From NCBI GenBank assembly GCA_947630975.1, contig CANRJP010000004.1, positions 1 through 60,096 of the forward strand: a stretch of DNA of 60,096 nt, given 5' to 3'. Under the pieces are notes generated by a model. The model worked only from the letters and a program-made list of their open reading frames with translations. It was not told where the DNA came from and ran no database searches. The translations under genes were made by a program, and so were the position numbers. This document shows positions 57,012-60,096 of this stretch, one piece after another; within the stretch, counting starts at the first letter, position 1; every line of letters starts with the position of its first letter. This DNA is from an uncultured Clostridia bacterium (GTDB lineage Bacteria; Bacillota; Clostridia; UMGS1883).

Positions 57012-58125
57012 ATTCATGTCATGCCGGTCGAGCCGGGAAAGAATTTCGGTCTCGTCCTCGGCGCAGTGGGTGTATATGTCGAGGGTTGTTTCAACGCGGG
57101 AGTGGCCGAGTATACGCTGAGTATTTTTTAAATCGATACCGCTGTAAAACATATCCGTGGCGCAGGTGTGGCGGAGTATGTGGGCGCTGATGGTGGACGT
57201 GTCAACGTTACTGAGGTCGTTCTTTTCGGCGGACGCGGCTATGGCCTTGGATATTCCCCTCCAGAGCTTTGTGTAGCTGCTGGCGGTGGTGTAGCCGCCG
57301 TTTGTCATGGGGAAAAGCAGCGGCGTTTCAAGCGATTGGACATAAGGGGCGAGAACCTCATACAGCGGGAGCCTGATTGGGACATCTCTGAAACCGGCGT
57401 CGGTTTTAGGACTGTTTTTAAGCTCGGTGTGAGTGTTCTTTATGACAAGGTTTTTGTTGACCGTGATAATCCGCCTTTCGAGATCGACGTCCTTGGCGGT
57501 AAGGGCCAAGATTTCACCACGGCGGAGGCCCGCATACAGGCCCAGATACACAAACGCCCGCTGCTTGGGAGTAAAATCGGCCTTTTCGATGGCGGTACGC
57601 TCGTCGGGAGTGAGAGCCCGTTTTTCTTTGTGCTCTTTTTTTGGAAGTTTAAGGCCGCGTGTGGGGTTCTTCAAGAGCATATCGTTGTTTTATGGCGGCC
57701 TCGAACATTTGATCAAGGGTGCATTTCAGCAGCTCCAAGGTGCGGGTGAGACCGGCGGCGGCCTTTTGGTTAATGAGCTGTTGAAGGTGCCCGAGCTTTA
57801 TGTCCTTCAAGGGAATTCCGGCAATGTCGGAGGAGGCTATGTGCTTTTCAACAATGGTCTCGTAGGTAAAATGTGTGTTGTATGAGACGTTGTTCTTGTA
57901 AGTTTTGAGCCATTCCCTTGCCCAGTGGGCCAGAGGCTGGCTGGCGCTGTCCAGCATTACGCCCTGGGCGAGCTGGGCCTTGAGAGCGGCCTCCTTTTCC
58001 TTGAGCTCGCGCTCGGTGGCGGCGTAAAGGGTCTTGTACTCGGACTTGCCCTCGATATTTTTCCCGATGTTGACCTTGACCTGGTATCTTCCGTCGGAGC
58101 GGTGGGTGTAGCGGGACTTGGGCAT
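56985..58125 (-). pseudogene. Tyrosine integrase, frameshifted near 57688-57691
   Basis: RSDGRYQ N-terminus; GLRRGE, HILRHT, LGH...IYTH; one extra A in ATAAAACAAC. Confidence 0.85.
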
Positions 58126-58254
58126 GAATAGGCCTCCTTTCTGTGTAAGGCACCAATACAGGGGCGCCATTTTTATTTTGCGAAGCTATTTACAAATGAG
58201 GTGAAATATGTTATAATACGTCTGTCGGCTCACCGACCGAAGGGAGGTGAGATA

Positions 58255-58341
58255 ATGAGTTACATAATCGACTTCATCATTTCCGTTATGGCGGGTATAG
58301 TTACATACTACATCTGCAAGTGGCTTGACGGAAAGAAGTAG
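58255..58341 (+). CDS. Type I toxin peptide (Fst/holin-like, 28 aa), not in the ORF track
   Basis: MSYIIDFIISVMAGIVTYYICKWLDGKK; GGGAGG RBS; TTTACA-17-TATAAT promoter (58189-58217). Confidence 0.82.
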   Translation: MSYIIDFIISVMAGIVTYYICKWLDGKK

Positions 58342-58354
58342 CCGACAAAGCCCA

Positions 58355-58468
58355 AAACAAGAAAGGCTCGGAGCTGCAACTCCGAGCCTTTCACTTTTTG
58401 GCGGCGAGACAAGTCACACAACCATACTTCATCACTTATAGTGTATCATAAACTGCCAGAATTGTCAA
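58355..58468 (-). ncRNA. Putative convergent antitoxin RNA with shared terminator
   Basis: TTGACA(58468-58463)-17-TACACT; hairpin gaaaggctcggag-N6-ctccgagcctttc (58361-58392). Confidence 0.65.
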
Positions 58469-58791
58469 TAGTGTCAATATTAAATTTTTGAGAAATTTCA
58501 ATCCCTATCCTCCAATTACGCAACCAAAATCCCCAAACGGGGATTTTGAGCAGAGTAATCCCATTTGGGGATAAATACACAAACATCGCAGAGGAGGGCG
58601 TTTTTTTAATTAAATTGCGAGCCCATTTTTCAAGGGGTCCCCGAAAACAACGAAGTTGTTTTTGGGGAAGAGGAGACGCAGCGAGGTAAGCCACGTTCCG
58701 ATTTTTAAAATCGGAACAAGCGATACCGAGCTTGCGGCGACGACAGCGAGCCTTTAGTGACCCGCAGCGACGGACAAGTAATATCAAGCTG

Positions 58792-60000
58792 TTACCGGCG
58801 GCCTTCGTGGCAGAGGGAACAGGGCTGGCGGCCATCTTTAAGAGCATCTTGTAAGGTTACAACGTGCTTTGACGATGAATTTTCCAACGTGGGGCAATTC
58901 GCATAATGATACTTTGTTCCTTCACGAGTTACCCATACTCGACGCATGGGATCGTGTTCAACTTTATATAGGCTGTCATTGCTGGACTGTCCGCTGAAAA
59001 GGTAGCTGTTTGATCGGGTGGTTGGGGTTACAATCTGTGGATTTGAACTTTGTACAGAAGAGGGAGAGCTTACAATATGGTTATTTACATTTGAACTCAA
59101 TTCTTTGTTTTCGGCAATAAGCTGTGAGTTTTTATCGTTCAGAGAATCAATTTCATCAAGCAATCCTTCATTTTCATCAAGAAGCTGATCGATCTCGTCT
59201 TGTAACTCTTGATTTTCTTCTGTTAATTGCTTAAGGTCGTCGTCGTTCTTTTTTTGCAAAGCTATCAACTGATCATGAGCTGATGAGCGCACCTCAACAA
59301 AGTCGCTTCGTACCCAGCCGGTTTTGTTGTGGCACGATACTTTGTACCACAGGTAAGTACTGTTTTCCTTGTCGGAATCCTTTTTGCACTCGCCAAGAAA
59401 TGTCATGGACGAATAATCGTCGGTGTTGAGTTCTGTCACGGGATTTCCGCTTGAAAGGCTCGGGCCGGGATAAACAAGGACTTTTGAATCCAGCGCGGCA
59501 ATACGGGTGAGTTTTTCGTCCTTTTTGAATGGCACCTCACTTAGAGGATAAAACTTTATAAAGTATAGTGCAATAGCCAAAACTGTGACGGCGAAAGCCA
59601 TGATGAGCGCAACGGCTCTTTTTGATAACGTTGAACGGGTTTTACTGTATGAGTCTGTATCGCGGGGGTATTGTGTTTGTCGCTGTTTCGTTGTGTCGTC
59701 GGCTTCGGTAATGAGAGTTGGCAGGTTAAGCGCCGGAGGCTTGGAGGCAGGGATTGGTTTTGACTGAGGAGCGGGAACGGTTGTTTTCTTCGGCACGGCA
59801 ACGTCCCTCGCCGGGTTTTCTCCCTGTTTGACCTTGCCGTATTTGGCTATGAGCCAGTCGATCATCTCATCCACGGTGAGCTTCTCCGGGTCGTAGCCTT
59901 CCTTTGCCATGTCGGCCTTGACGGAATAACGGACGCCCTCGTCAGGAATAGGAATGTCGGAGTTATTTGGTTTTGATTCTTCAGGCTTCATTTGTTTCAA
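58792..60000 (-). CDS. Membrane-anchored protein: SH3-like domain, coiled coil, C-terminal Ada-like metal-binding motif
   Basis: TM segment; WYKV...GWVRSDFV; VWVTREGTKYH..C...PCSLC. Confidence 0.72.
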   Translation of the reverse strand: MKQMKPEESKPNNSDIPIPDEGVRYSVKADMAKEGYDPEKLTVDEMIDWLIAKYGKVKQGENPARDVAVPKKTTVPAPQSKPIPASKPPALNLPTLITEADDTTKQRQTQYPRDTDSYSKTRSTLSKRAVALIMAFAVTVLAIALYFIKFYPLSEVPFKKDEKLTRIAALDSKVLVYPGPSLSSGNPVTELNTDDYSSMTFLGECKKDSDKENSTYLWYKVSCHNKTGWVRSDFVEVRSSAHDQLIALQKKNDDDLKQLTEENQELQDEIDQLLDENEGLLDEIDSLNDKNSQLIAENKELSSNVNNHIVSSPSSVQSSNPQIVTPTTRSNSYLFSGQSSNDSLYKVEHDPMRRVWVTREGTKYHYANCPTLENSSSKHVVTLQDALKDGRQPCSLCHEGRR

Positions 60001-60096
60001 CTCCTCTGTATGAAAGATATTGGATCAATGTCAATAAAGTGGACAGAAAAATTAGAAAAAATTAATGAACAAAGAATAAGCGTTCACGCTCATTGG

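Larger units (their letters stand above)
56758..60096. mobile_element. Edge of a second integrative element
   Basis: Tyrosine integrase pointing toward the tRNA, type I TA and cargo gene; the far end lies outside the window. Confidence 0.65.

Noticed and set aside
57649-57700. Programmed frameshift in the tyrosine integrase
   Set aside because: A single extra A in a short run with no evident stimulatory structure; mutation or sequencing error is simpler.

Overview
The window starts with an IS transposase remnant and a five-tRNA cluster (Gly, Arg, His, Gln, Lys) from a Clostridia-like (Bacillota) host. An apparently complete ~55.6 kb temperate siphovirus-like prophage (about 1160-56757) sits at the 3' end of tRNA-Lys and encodes a large serine integrase. 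It has an immunity switch, a PolA/SSB/VirE-primase/SNF2 replication module, ThyX, head and tail genes, lysis genes and a ~9 kb accessory operon. Notable content: (i) a complete diversity-generating retroelement (target-VR, hairpin, avd, TR, RT), plus a second, inverted, orphan VR cassette whose sequence does not match the resident TR; (ii) a DUF4417-like gene followed by three enzymes sharing an MGGRGSSSG leader (a zincin-like protease and two ADP-ribosyltransferase-like domains), each followed by a small Lys-rich ORF; (iii) a type II hammerhead ribozyme; (iv) a duplicated putative origin and a duplicated operator-promoter block; (v) an Arc-like/antisense sRNA/Bro cassette reminiscent of P22 immI; (vi) an integrase whose C-terminus changes on integration. 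The edge of a second element (frameshifted tyrosine integrase, type I toxin-antitoxin) follows the prophage. All calls come from reading the sequence and recognising motifs; no database searches were run. Several homopolymer frameshifts may be sequencing errors.
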